Source of the DNA: Phycisphaerae bacterium
GTDB taxonomy: Bacteria > Planctomycetota > Phycisphaerae > WQYP01
DNA: 64,000 nt
NCBI GenBank assembly: GCA_035545015.1
Contig: DASZZD010000079.1
Location: 623-64,622, forward strand
Reading direction: 5' to 3'
The position numbers were made by a program, and so were the translations under genes. The notes beneath the pieces were generated by a model. It searched no databases. It had not been told where the DNA came from and saw nothing but the letters and a program-made list of their open reading frames with translations. Positions 31,994-42,082 of the stretch are shown piece by piece (positions within the stretch are counted from its first letter, which is position 1; each line of letters starts with the position of its first letter).

Positions 31994-33556
31994 TTATTCG
32001 ACAAGACCGGGGATCGGATAGTCCCATGTATCGGTGCGGAAGGGCGAGGCGGGGAGGTTGTCTTTGTTGAAAAGGTTGGCGCCGTCGGGGAAGTTGTCCC
32101 AGGCGTAACGGACCGCGACGGGAGCGGGAACGTCGGGCGAGGTAAGGACGACAGTGTCCCCATTGATCTCCGCGACGGCGTCGTGGAATTTCTGATCGGC
32201 GCCGGCGACTTGAAACCATTTCAGCGGGCCACCCTTGGCGACAAGTTGGCCGTCCGTATGGGTGAATTTCACGATGGCTTTGTTGCCGTCGATTGTGAGC
32301 GAATCAAAGACGGGGCCGGAAGTTTCGATTTTCTGGCCGTAGGCGAGGGCGAGCGCGAGACGGTCGAGGCGTTCGCCGACCGGTTCCTTGTTTTTGGGGT
32401 GGACGTTTTTGGCTTCGCCGGTGTCGATGATGCAGGCGATGCCGGTGTTTTTGAGCTGCAGCACCTGATTCTGCTGTTCGCGGACGAGCGGGTTGTTGGA
32501 GATGTCCTGCTGGCCGGGGATTTGCACGATGAGAAAGGGGAAGTCGCCTTCGTGCCAGCGGGTGCGCCAGTCGGTGATGAGGGCGCTGGTGAGATGGCCG
32601 AAGGTGTTGAGTCCAGTTTTACCGCCGGTGAGCGATTCGCCCTGATACCAGATCGCGCCCTTGATGGCATAGGGGATGATGGGGTTGAGTTGCCCATTGA
32701 AGAGGACGGTGGCTTCGTGCTGGTCGTTGACGGGGTTGCCGAGACGGGCGGTGGGCGGCTGGCGTTTTTTGTTGATGGGGGTGGGCTTGGGGAATTCGGG
32801 GGGCAACTCGCCGAGGGTGACCTGCGGGTTTTTGTCGAAGGCGGCGAGGTTGGAATCGAAGGTGTCGAGATAACGTTTGAGCCTGGGATCGGCAGCGAGA
32901 GCCTCGCGCGAGGCCCAGGCCTCCGCGGTGGCGGCGCCGTAAGAGGTGTTGATGATGCCGACGGGCTGATGAATGTCGCGCTGCAGATCGCGGGCGAACA
33001 GGTATCCGACGGCGGAGAAGGCGGGAACTGTTTTCGGCGAGCAGACTTCCCACGCGCCGGAGAGCGTGGTCAGCGGCGTGCGCGATTTGGCCTGCTTGAC
33101 GGTGAACATGCGGATTTTCGGGAAATCGGCCTTGGCGATCACCTCGTCCTCGTTGAGCATGCCGGCGAAGGATTTCACCTTTTTCGAGACGGTGAACTCC
33201 ATGTTGGATTGGCCGGAGGCGAGCCACACTTCGCCGATGAGGACGTCATTGATGGTGATTTCGTTTTTGCCTTTGATGGTCAGCGTCGTTGCGGGAGCGT
33301 CGAGACCGGCGGCTTTTTGCGCGGGCAGGCGGACGAGCCACTTGCCGTCATTGTCGGCGGTGGCGGTTTGAGAATCTTTATTGAGCGTGACGGTGACGGA
33401 TTCGCCCGGATCGGCGGTTCCCCAGACGGGAATATCCATGGCCTGCTGGAGCACGGCGTGATCGGAGAAAAGGGCGTTGGGATGGACATCGGCACGGGCG
33501 GCGGCGCCCAGGAGAAGCAGCGAGATGGCGGTGGAAAGAGCAAGCGTTTTGGGCAC
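31994..33556 (-). CDS. Sialate O-acetylesterase-like carbohydrate esterase (SGNH/DUF303), secreted
   Basis: Signal peptide. WLASGQSNMEF catalytic-serine motif. Family length. Confidence 0.8.
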   Translation of the reverse strand: MPKTLALSTAISLLLLGAAARADVHPNALFSDHAVLQQAMDIPVWGTADPGESVTVTLNKDSQTATADNDGKWLVRLPAQKAAGLDAPATTLTIKGKNEITINDVLIGEVWLASGQSNMEFTVSKKVKSFAGMLNEDEVIAKADFPKIRMFTVKQAKSRTPLTTLSGAWEVCSPKTVPAFSAVGYLFARDLQRDIHQPVGIINTSYGAATAEAWASREALAADPRLKRYLDTFDSNLAAFDKNPQVTLGELPPEFPKPTPINKKRQPPTARLGNPVNDQHEATVLFNGQLNPIIPYAIKGAIWYQGESLTGGKTGLNTFGHLTSALITDWRTRWHEGDFPFLIVQIPGQQDISNNPLVREQQNQVLQLKNTGIACIIDTGEAKNVHPKNKEPVGERLDRLALALAYGQKIETSGPVFDSLTIDGNKAIVKFTHTDGQLVAKGGPLKWFQVAGADQKFHDAVAEINGDTVVLTSPDVPAPVAVRYAWDNFPDGANLFNKDNLPASPFRTDTWDYPIPGLVE

Positions 33557-33742
33557 TGGGAAATCCTTTCTGAAACCGGCGGGCTGTATTGGCCGGGTGG
33601 TGGAACAACGCCTTTGGGGCGGGATTCTTTCGTGACAGGTGAGATGCCGTCGCGGCGGGCGGCCTGCTGTTTGGGGCTGCGTGAGGCAAGTTGATTCGCT
33701 GCGAATGCGATCCTAGTATCGATCGACATCGATACAAAGGAA

Positions 33743-34756
33743 TTGACGATGAACGAATTGGAATATCTGGCGGATGAAGCGGGCCAGGGCGCACAGGAGT
33801 CGGGAGCGGTCGGCGGCGCGATGCCGGATGGGGCGCTGCTCGATGCGTACTCGCGGGCCGTGGTCGGGGCGGTCAACAAAGTTGGCCCTGCGGTGGTGCA
33901 CATTCACGTGCGGATGTCGGAGAACGGCCGGAATCGCGGCGGCAGCGGCAGCGGCGTGGTGTTTACGCCCGATGGGTTCATTCTCACCAACTCGCACGTC
34001 GTGCATGGAGCATGGCAGATTCGCGTGGCTTTTGCGGATGGACGTGAGGCGGGGGCGACCCTCATCGGCGACGATCCGCACACGGACCTGGCGGTGCTGC
34101 GTGTGGATGCGCGGGATCTGCCGGTGGCGGAACTCGGCGATTCGGCGGCCTTAGCGCCGGGGCAATTGGTGATCGCGATCGGCAATCCGCTGGGATTCCA
34201 GGCGACGGTCACGGCAGGCGTCGTCAGCGCGGTGGGGCGGACGTTCCGCAGCCAGAGCGGCCGGCTCATCGACAACGTGATTCAGACGGACGCGGCGCTC
34301 AATCCCGGAAACTCCGGCGGCCCCCTGGTGGATTCGTCGGGGCGCGTCGTCGGGATCAACACCGCGGTGATCGCCATGGCGCAGGGCCTGTGCTTCGCGG
34401 TGCCGGTGAATACAGCCAAGGTGGTGGCGGCGGAGCTGATGGCGCACGGCAAAGTGAGCCGGAGCTTCATCGGCGTGATGGGCCAGACGGTACCGATTCC
34501 GCGGAAGCTGGTGCGTTTCTGGAAGCTGGAGCAGTCGAAGGGCGTGCTGGTGGCCGGTGTCGAGGAAGGCAGTCCGGCGGCGCGGGCAGGGCTGGAGGAG
34601 GGCGATGTGATCCTGTCGATTGCCGGGCAGGTGGTGGCGGATGTGGATGTGCTGCATCGGGTGTTGACGGCTGAGCGCATCGGCATCGCGACGGAGCTCG
34701 TGGTGCTGCGGCGGTATGAGCGTCTGGAGCTGGCGATCGTGCCGGCGGAGGCGTGA
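33743..34756 (+). CDS. HtrA/DegP-family trypsin-like serine protease with one PDZ domain
   Basis: ILTNSHVV (His), DLAVLRV (Asp) and GNSGGPL (Ser) triad, plus a C-terminal PDZ. Confidence 0.85.
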   Translation: MTMNELEYLADEAGQGAQESGAVGGAMPDGALLDAYSRAVVGAVNKVGPAVVHIHVRMSENGRNRGGSGSGVVFTPDGFILTNSHVVHGAWQIRVAFADGREAGATLIGDDPHTDLAVLRVDARDLPVAELGDSAALAPGQLVIAIGNPLGFQATVTAGVVSAVGRTFRSQSGRLIDNVIQTDAALNPGNSGGPLVDSSGRVVGINTAVIAMAQGLCFAVPVNTAKVVAAELMAHGKVSRSFIGVMGQTVPIPRKLVRFWKLEQSKGVLVAGVEEGSPAARAGLEEGDVILSIAGQVVADVDVLHRVLTAERIGIATELVVLRRYERLELAIVPAEA

Positions 34757-34758
34757 CG

Positions 34759-36903
34759 TCAGCGCGTCGTGGCGGGTTCGAGCTTTGCGAGAGTTTCGTT
34801 GACTTTGGCGATGTCCTCGGGCGAGAGGCGTTTGGGTTCGTCGGGCGCGAGCTGGGCGTTGAAACGGAGGGCTTCGCGCAGGTAGCGGGCGCGCTCGGCG
34901 GGAGGCAGGTCGGAGGGCGGCAGCGCGAAGCGAAGCCGCACACGGGCGTTGGCGCGATCGAGCGTGAAAAGCCGGCGAATGTCATCGGCCACCGGCTGGC
35001 CGAGGCGCTGCTTCAGGAGGATGCGCTGATCGAGAAGGTCGGTGGCGCGAGGCGACCGGGCGAGCGCTTCATCGAGTGCGTGCAGGGCGCCGGCGTTGTC
35101 GCCGGACATCGCGGCGCGCAGGTAGGCGTATTCGGCGGGGGCGGGATCCCAGGGCATCGTGGCGTTGAGCGTGGGAATCCAGAGCGTGGCGGCAATGAAG
35201 ATCGCAGCGGCGCCCAACGCAATCGGCGGCGCAACGCGCGGCAGCTTTGATCGCGCGCGCCGGCCCGGGGCGGCGGCGCCGGCGAATCCCAGCAGAAACC
35301 AGAAAAGCATCGCCGCCGCGCCGGTCAGCACCGCCATGTTGATCTGGTCGTAAACGAACATCCCCAGCGCCCCCATGAGCCCGCCGATCGCCAGCGAGGC
35401 GCTCCGCGGCGGCGCGGATTCCATCAGAATAAAGGCGCCGGCTCCCGCGCATGCGGCAAGCAGCGCATAGAGGATCGCGAGATAAAGAAAGTAAACGTCA
35501 TACGGCCCCACGATTGCATAACGCAACATCCACCAGACGCCGCAAAACATCGCCGCGACCACCAGAACATTGGTGGACAGAATCGGCCGGGGCTCGGCGG
35601 TTTCATCAGGCAGAGCGAACGGTGCACGGGCGGCGGCGATCACGCTGCAGGCGATCAAGAGGGCCAGCAGCGCCGCCGCAGGAATTCCGAGTTCGGCCGC
35701 GGCGCGGACAAAATAGGAGTGCGGATCGCTGACATCCTCCGGAGCGGCGGGACGTTTGACGGACGTGTAATAGCTGCCGAAGTTATCCGGGCCGACGCCT
35801 GCGAGCGGATGATCGCGCACCAGCGTCGCGGCGGCCGTCCAATAGTACCAGCGGAAACGAAGGCTCTTGCCCGGCAGCGAATCATGCCGCACGCCATAGG
35901 CGACAACGGCCGCACCGCCAAGAAAAAACGCGCAGAACCCGGCAACGATCAGCACGCGGCGATAGCGGGCGAAAATCCCGTGCAGGCCGACGCCGGCGAT
36001 CGTGGCCACGGTGCAGATCACGACCATGCCCATGCCGCCATTGCTTTGCGTGAGCACGAGCATCCACGTTCCCAGCGCAAAAAGAATTGCCGAGGTGCTT
36101 ATGCCGATGATCGCGGCGATCGCGTTTTCAGTGCGCATCGCCGTGCGGAAGAACGAAACCGCCAGGCCGGCGGCCATCACCAGCAGCCCCACGAATGCCG
36201 CCGCCGTGACATTCGCCAGCGTGAGAAATCCTTCAAGCTCTCCGCCGTGGAGACGGGCTTCATACGCCGCCGCTTCCGGCGACCCCGGCGCAATGCCCTG
36301 GCTGCGGAGGATCTGATCGCGATTTTGCTCGAACGTGGCGATCGTCTCGGGCTGATCGACAAAGTGCTGGATCATCCCCTGCATGATCCAGGCGGCAAGA
36401 ATGGCGATGAAGAGCGCCGTCAGAAACTGCCGCGAGCGCCGGCCCGTCAGCGCAGGATGGCACAGCAGGCTGACGGTCCAGCCGGCGGCGAGAATCGCGA
36501 TGATGTCCGTCGAGCCGACCGCCGCCGCAAATCGATTGGCTGCGCGAAACGTGGAATTGAGCGCGCATCCGGCGATGGCCGCGATAATGAGCCACCGCAG
36601 GAAATGCTTCCACGTGATCAAATCAGCGGCGGCGGCAATCGCGGCGCCGGCGGCGGAGAGCAGCAGCGCGATCGTCGCGAAGCCCGTCGTGACGCCCGGG
36701 CCGACCTCCGGAAGCGCAAGATGGTGTTCAGGATCCGTCTGTGCGAGCAGCCGTTCCTGCTTTTGCGCCAGGCCTTCGCGCAGCGTCTCGGTCATCGTCA
36801 GACGCAGCGAGAGGACCAGCGCCAGCCCCGCGAGAACGACGAACGCCCAGGTGCGCAGCGGGCCGGTGATCGGCATGAATGTCGCAGGAGATTCCGGCGT
36901 CAT
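34759..36903 (-). CDS. O-antigen ligase (Wzy_C) family membrane protein with C-terminal TPR region
   Basis: Multi-TM body with RDHPLAGVGPDNFGSYY, the O-antigen ligase loop. The C-terminal soluble repeats are TPR-like. Confidence 0.75.
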   Translation of the reverse strand: MTPESPATFMPITGPLRTWAFVVLAGLALVLSLRLTMTETLREGLAQKQERLLAQTDPEHHLALPEVGPGVTTGFATIALLLSAAGAAIAAAADLITWKHFLRWLIIAAIAGCALNSTFRAANRFAAAVGSTDIIAILAAGWTVSLLCHPALTGRRSRQFLTALFIAILAAWIMQGMIQHFVDQPETIATFEQNRDQILRSQGIAPGSPEAAAYEARLHGGELEGFLTLANVTAAAFVGLLVMAAGLAVSFFRTAMRTENAIAAIIGISTSAILFALGTWMLVLTQSNGGMGMVVICTVATIAGVGLHGIFARYRRVLIVAGFCAFFLGGAAVVAYGVRHDSLPGKSLRFRWYYWTAAATLVRDHPLAGVGPDNFGSYYTSVKRPAAPEDVSDPHSYFVRAAAELGIPAAALLALLIACSVIAAARAPFALPDETAEPRPILSTNVLVVAAMFCGVWWMLRYAIVGPYDVYFLYLAILYALLAACAGAGAFILMESAPPRSASLAIGGLMGALGMFVYDQINMAVLTGAAAMLFWFLLGFAGAAAPGRRARSKLPRVAPPIALGAAAIFIAATLWIPTLNATMPWDPAPAEYAYLRAAMSGDNAGALHALDEALARSPRATDLLDQRILLKQRLGQPVADDIRRLFTLDRANARVRLRFALPPSDLPPAERARYLREALRFNAQLAPDEPKRLSPEDIAKVNETLAKLEPATTR

Positions 36904-38060
36904 CGGGTGTGCTCCCCGACGCGTTCAAGAACCGCGATGACCGTGAGCATCCCGAGGAGTTGCAGCGCCAGCAGCGCGGCCGACGTGGCGTCGCTGTGCA
37001 GCGCAAGCAGCGGCGCGGCGATGCCGGTCGCCAGCGTGACGCCATAAATGATCAACACCGCTGAGCGCGTCGAGAAACCGTGCCGCGTCAGGCGATGCGA
37101 GAAATGGTTGGTGTCGCCGGTCATCGGAGAGCGGCCCTTGAGCAGGCGAAGGACTGAAACGATCACCAGATCATAAAGCGGAACGGCCGTGACGAAGAGC
37201 GGCATCAGCACCGCGTAGGGCGCGCGCCCGGGTTGATAGTACGTCGTGCGGATCGTGAGCGCCGCGAGGATGAAGCCGAGGATCATCGAACCGCCGTCGC
37301 CCATGAAAATGGATGCGGGCGGAAAGTTGAAGCACAGAAATCCCAGAATGCTGCCCATCAACGTAAGGAGCAGGCCGGCGACGAACCATTGGCCGTTGAT
37401 GCAGGCGGCGATCAGAAAAACCGCGGCGCAGATGAACGCCACGCCGGCGGAAAGGCCATCCATGTTATCGAGGAAATTGAAGGCGTTCGTGAGCGCGACG
37501 ATCCACAGAACGGAACAGAGCACGGAGACGAAAAAGCCCGGCGTGGGAAAATTGCCGAGGAACGTGAGGACACGAAATGACCCGGCGCCGAATGATTCGC
37601 CGACAAAGACGAGCGCTGCGGCGATCGCGAGCTGCGCGAGGAGCTTGGGCCAGGGGTCGAGCGGCTTGCGATCATCGAGCAGGCCGAGGAGATGGATGCC
37701 GAATGTCGCCATGAGCAACAGCACGAGCAGCGGCGCATGGGCGCGCATGCCCGGAAGATGGAGAACGACATCGGGCAGATCGCGACCAAAAACCTGGAAT
37801 CGCGCCAAGTCGTGGCCATGTGTGAGGACAACAATGGCAATCAGCGCGATGACCAGTGGAATCGCAAATCCCCAGAAAATGCCAATGCCCCCATTGCGCG
37901 GCGTCGCAACGGTGTGCACCTTGCGCTGTCCCGGCGCGTCCATGAGCCCCAGCCGCCGCGCATAGCGGCGCGCCAGGGCGGTGCCGATAAGGCTGAGAAC
38001 AAAGGCCAGAACAAACAGGGCGGCGCCGCCGACGAGCATGGGGCGGAACCCTCCGATCAA
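36900..38060 (-). CDS. MraY/WecA-family undecaprenyl-phosphate sugar-phosphotransferase (GT4 class)
   Basis: …MDAPGQRKVHTVATPRNGGIGIF…NFLDNMDGL… are the PNPT family motifs. 4-nt overlap with the ligase gene. Confidence 0.85.
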   Translation of the reverse strand: MIGGFRPMLVGGAALFVLAFVLSLIGTALARRYARRLGLMDAPGQRKVHTVATPRNGGIGIFWGFAIPLVIALIAIVVLTHGHDLARFQVFGRDLPDVVLHLPGMRAHAPLLVLLLMATFGIHLLGLLDDRKPLDPWPKLLAQLAIAAALVFVGESFGAGSFRVLTFLGNFPTPGFFVSVLCSVLWIVALTNAFNFLDNMDGLSAGVAFICAAVFLIAACINGQWFVAGLLLTLMGSILGFLCFNFPPASIFMGDGGSMILGFILAALTIRTTYYQPGRAPYAVLMPLFVTAVPLYDLVIVSVLRLLKGRSPMTGDTNHFSHRLTRHGFSTRSAVLIIYGVTLATGIAAPLLALHSDATSAALLALQLLGMLTVIAVLERVGEHTR

Positions 38061-38063
38061 AAC

Positions 38064-38630
38064 TCAGCGGCCCGCGGTGATTCGCTGGAGCTGCTCAAGA
38101 TAGGCCGTGCGCGCCCGAACGAAAAACGCCCCCGCCTCGCGCGTCTGGTAGTCGGCGTACGTCCACGGCCAGGGCGTCCAGGCGTTCTGCTGCCAGTGCA
38201 ACGTGACCTCGCCGTAAATTCCCTCGGCAATGTACACCCGATGCGAATGATCCTTGGTGGTCGCCAGGATCACCTTGTAGCGGTGTACGTAACCGGGATC
38301 GATGTTGATCGGGCGGGCGACCGCTCCACCGCTGCGCGGCGCGGCGAACTGTCGCGCCAGCAGCGTCTCGGCCATGTTCGTTTCCAGCTTGCACTTCGCC
38401 AGGTGTTCGGGATTGAACAGCGCCTCGAAACGCACCCATTGCCGCAGCAGATGCGGCCCCATTTCCCCGGCGTAATAATCGGTGAAGGTGAATGGCAGAA
38501 TTTCGGAGGCGTCATCGATCCGGCCATACCATTGCGCCAATTCCGCGCGCGCCGCGGCGAGCTGGTCTTCCGAACCGGCGAGCAGGCCGGCAAATCGGCA
38601 CACGGGCATCGGGGACGTCGGGACGGCCAT
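38064..38630 (-). CDS. DUF4416 family protein
   Basis: ILPFTFTDYYAGEMG…INIDPGY…TKDHSHRVYIAEGIYGEVTL matches the DUF4416 consensus. Confidence 0.7.
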   Translation of the reverse strand: MAVPTSPMPVCRFAGLLAGSEDQLAAARAELAQWYGRIDDASEILPFTFTDYYAGEMGPHLLRQWVRFEALFNPEHLAKCKLETNMAETLLARQFAAPRSGGAVARPINIDPGYVHRYKVILATTKDHSHRVYIAEGIYGEVTLHWQQNAWTPWPWTYADYQTREAGAFFVRARTAYLEQLQRITAGR

Positions 38631-38675
38631 TGAACCTCCTGTCCGCCCTATGCTACGGGAGGCGCGCGCGGCGGG

Positions 38676-39797
38676 CTAGTCATCAAACAGCGCAAGTTGG
38701 CGCGGCGGAACGGCGGGGCTCGCCGAAACGCCGCGAGCCCGCAGGTGGCGCCCGAACTCGTTGACGAATCCGTGCGTCAGCAGAAAGTGCCGCGCGCCGC
38801 GCTCCCGCATCGCATCCACAAACGCATTGAGCTGGTCAAAATCGCAATGATCCGACAGCGGAAACGCTTCCGCCGCCTGATAGCGATAGGTGGCGCCCGA
38901 GTCGATCGCCCAACCCGTGACAACGAGGATATGGGCGTTTTTGATGCTGGCGATCATCCGCGAATTGCGAATGTGCGGCGGCGCGATCAGCACCGTGCCT
39001 TCGATGTTGCCCGCCTCATGGCGGCGCACCTCCCCGACACGCACGCCGTGCCGGTGATAAATCTCCGTGATCGCGTGCGCGGCGCCGTGCATGGCGATCG
39101 CAAAACCGTTTTCCGCGAGAATCCGCGCGACTTCCTGCGCCTTGCCCAGCGAATAGCACAAACACACCGGCTGCTTCCCCTCGGCAAACGCCGCCGCCAC
39201 CGAATCGCACAGCCGCTCGATCACCTCGCCTCGCACCGGAAAGCGATAGCGCGGCAACCCATAGGTGCATTCCATCAGCACCACATCCGCGCCATCGGAT
39301 GGCAGCGCGCAACCCGGAACGGTCAACGCGTCCCGCCCGGGCGCATAGCGGAAATCTCCCGTATACAGCAATCGGCCGCGCGCGGTCGTGATCCGCGGCA
39401 TCGCACTCCCCAGCACATGCCCCGCCGGAAACAACTCGATCTCGAGGCCATCCTCCCGATGGATCGCCCCATGAGGCAACGGCGCCAACTGCGTCGTAGC
39501 GGCCAATTCCGGCGCTTCCCCCCCGCGCGCATCCGCGGGATCGCCGAGCCGGTGCGCCAGCAGGTCGCACGTGATCGGATGGGCGATCACCCTTCCGTGC
39601 CGCCCGAGATGATCGGAATGGGCATGCGAAACGATGGCGTGCGAGCGCGGAAAACGCGCATCGAGATGCCAGGGGGAGCCTCTAAAGCGCAGCTCGTCCG
39701 TGGCATCCAACAGGTCGCTGGCGACAAAATCCGCGGATCGGCAGGAGCTCAACATGCTTGCAATTCTATGGCGGATCGTGCGAAAAAAAGAAACCAC
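38676..39797 (-). CDS. MBL-fold metallo-hydrolase (beta-CASP-like nuclease candidate)
   Basis: VSHAHSDH metal-binding motif and later conserved D/H positions. The start may be an internal Met. Confidence 0.75.
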   Translation of the reverse strand: MVSFFRTIRHRIASMLSSCRSADFVASDLLDATDELRFRGSPWHLDARFPRSHAIVSHAHSDHLGRHGRVIAHPITCDLLAHRLGDPADARGGEAPELAATTQLAPLPHGAIHREDGLEIELFPAGHVLGSAMPRITTARGRLLYTGDFRYAPGRDALTVPGCALPSDGADVVLMECTYGLPRYRFPVRGEVIERLCDSVAAAFAEGKQPVCLCYSLGKAQEVARILAENGFAIAMHGAAHAITEIYHRHGVRVGEVRRHEAGNIEGTVLIAPPHIRNSRMIASIKNAHILVVTGWAIDSGATYRYQAAEAFPLSDHCDFDQLNAFVDAMRERGARHFLLTHGFVNEFGRHLRARGVSASPAVPPRQLALFDD

Positions 39798-40003
39798 TGG
39801 GCAGAAAGAACAGGCGGCGCAAAATTGCGCATTTACCCACAGCGAATCGCCACGCCCTCGCGTATACTAATGTTTCGCCCCGGGACATCGCTTCATCCGG
39901 GGGCTCTCTCGGCCGAACAGCGTTGCTTCGTGCGGCACAGCTTGACCGGGATCAAGGATGATGAACAGGCTCGCTTCCCACGCAACCGTTCGGAGGAATT
40001 TCA

Positions 40004-41143
40004 ATGTCGGCAAACGCCAGGGCGGAGCGCGGCGGCGACGCTGCCGCTGCACACGTGAAATTGTCCCCACGCTTCACCGGACCGGACAAATTCATGAAAG
40101 AGTTGCGCCGCCGGGTGGACGCCTATTTCGAAACCACCGCCCGCCGCCGCCGCGATTGCCCCGGCATGTACTTCAAAACCGCCACCATCCTCACCTGGTT
40201 CTTCGGGGCCTACCTCTCCCTCCTGTTCTTTGTCCATAGCCCCTGGCTGATCGTCCTCCTGTCGGTGGTGCTTGGGCTCTCGCTCGCCGCCATCGGCTTC
40301 AACATCCAGCACGACGGCAGCCACAAGGGCTACTCCGACCGCCAGTGGATCAACAAAATGATGGCCATGACCCTGGACCTCATGGGCGGCAGCTCCTACC
40401 TCTGGGACTGGAAACACAACTCCATCCACCACACCTACACCAACATCGCCGGCGAGGACGATGACATCGATCTCGGCTGGCTCGGACGCCTCTCCCCCCA
40501 TCAACGCCGCTTCTGGTTCCACCGCATGCAGTCCATCTACATGTGGGGCCTCTACGGCTTCCTCGCCATCAAGTGGCACTTCATCGACGATTTCTACCAG
40601 ATCGCCCGCGGACGCATCGGCGAGAAAAAAATCCCCCGCCCCAAGGGCATGGACCTCGTCGTCTTCATCGGCGGAAAAGTGATCTTCTTCTCCCTCGCCT
40701 TCGTCGTGCCCATGCTGCTGCACCCCTGGTGGGCGGTCCTCGCAACCTACGCCATGGCGGCCTTCACCAGCGGCGTCGTCCTCAGCATCGTCTTCCAGCT
40801 TGCGCATTGCGTCGAAGGCGCGCAATTTCCGCAGCCCGTCGAGCAGGGCGCCGGCCAACGCTCCATGATGGAAACCGAATGGGCCATCCATCAGGTCCAA
40901 ACCACCGTCAATTTTTCACGCCGCAACCCCGTCCTGAGCTGGTTTCTCGGCGGCCTGAATTTCCAGATCGAACACCACCTGTTTCACAAAATCAGCCACG
41001 TCCACTATCCCGCCCTGAGCCGCGTGGTCGAGGAAACCTGCCGGGAGTACGGCGTCAGCTACAAAGCCCACCGCTCCGTATTTTCCGCGGTGCGGTCGCA
41101 CTACCGCTGGCTCGTCCTGATGGGCAGGCCAGTCGCGGCGTGA
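40004..41143 (+). CDS. Membrane fatty-acid desaturase (front-end/DesD-like)
   Basis: Three His boxes: HDGSHKGYS, HNSIHHTY and QIEHHLF. Confidence 0.85.
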   Translation: MSANARAERGGDAAAAHVKLSPRFTGPDKFMKELRRRVDAYFETTARRRRDCPGMYFKTATILTWFFGAYLSLLFFVHSPWLIVLLSVVLGLSLAAIGFNIQHDGSHKGYSDRQWINKMMAMTLDLMGGSSYLWDWKHNSIHHTYTNIAGEDDDIDLGWLGRLSPHQRRFWFHRMQSIYMWGLYGFLAIKWHFIDDFYQIARGRIGEKKIPRPKGMDLVVFIGGKVIFFSLAFVVPMLLHPWWAVLATYAMAAFTSGVVLSIVFQLAHCVEGAQFPQPVEQGAGQRSMMETEWAIHQVQTTVNFSRRNPVLSWFLGGLNFQIEHHLFHKISHVHYPALSRVVEETCREYGVSYKAHRSVFSAVRSHYRWLVLMGRPVAA

Positions 41144-41155
41144 GCGGGCCTTCCA

Positions 41156-42082
41156 TCAGCGCGGCGCCGGCCAGGGTTTCCCCAGCTCCAGCGGCCCCGC
41201 GCCGGCACGCGACAACAACGTAAGCGCCACCAACGTCGCCGCATAAGGCAGCATGTCGAACAGCCCGTGCGGAATCGCCACCGTCGCTCCCGGCAACGAC
41301 GCCAGCGCCGATTGCAGCGCGTCAAGCGCCCCGAAAAGCACCGCCGCCGCCGCCAGCCCCGGCAATGACCAACGCGCAAAAATCACCAGCGCCAGCACCA
41401 GAAATCCCTGCCCCGCCGTCATGTTCAACTGGAACGAATGATTGCGCATGGTCGACAGATACGCCCCCGCCGCGCCGGCGCACGCCCCCGCGAAAAGCAC
41501 CGCCAGCAGACGCCCCCCGCGCACGCGAATCCCCATCGCATCCGCGGCCTCCGGCGCATCGCCCAGCGCCGTCACCACCAGGCCCAGGCGCGTGAATCGC
41601 AGCAACACATCTACCACGCCCGCCAGGATCACCGCCGCATAAAACAAACCGTACTGCTGAAAAAGCACCGCCCCTATAAAAGGCATGCGCGACAACACCG
41701 GCACTGACACCTGTTCATACATCGCCGGCGGTGCATGTGTCGGCAACGCCCCCTGCAACATCCGCCACGCCGTCGTCGACATCCCAAATGCCAGCAGGTT
41801 CAACGCCGCCCCCGCCACAATCTGATCGGCACGCGCGTAAACGGTCACCAGCGCGAAGAGCCCCGCCAGCGCCACCCCCGCCGCTGCTGCCGCCGGCACC
41901 GCCCACGCAACCGAGCCCGTCAGCACCGCCGCGCCGTACGCCGCGATCGCTCCCACGATCATCAGCCCCTCGATCCCGATGTCGATCACCCCGGCACGCT
42001 CCGCCACCAGTTCCCCCGTGCCCGCCAGAAGCAGCGGCGTCGCCGACAGCAGCGCTTCGTGAAAAATGAAAGTGGCATCCAT
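41156..42082 (-). CDS. ABC transporter permease (BMP/nucleoside-type importer)
   Basis: Multi-TM permease within a four-gene ABC operon. Confidence 0.85.
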   Translation of the reverse strand: MDATFIFHEALLSATPLLLAGTGELVAERAGVIDIGIEGLMIVGAIAAYGAAVLTGSVAWAVPAAAAAGVALAGLFALVTVYARADQIVAGAALNLLAFGMSTTAWRMLQGALPTHAPPAMYEQVSVPVLSRMPFIGAVLFQQYGLFYAAVILAGVVDVLLRFTRLGLVVTALGDAPEAADAMGIRVRGGRLLAVLFAGACAGAAGAYLSTMRNHSFQLNMTAGQGFLVLALVIFARWSLPGLAAAAVLFGALDALQSALASLPGATVAIPHGLFDMLPYAATLVALTLLSRAGAGPLELGKPWPAPR

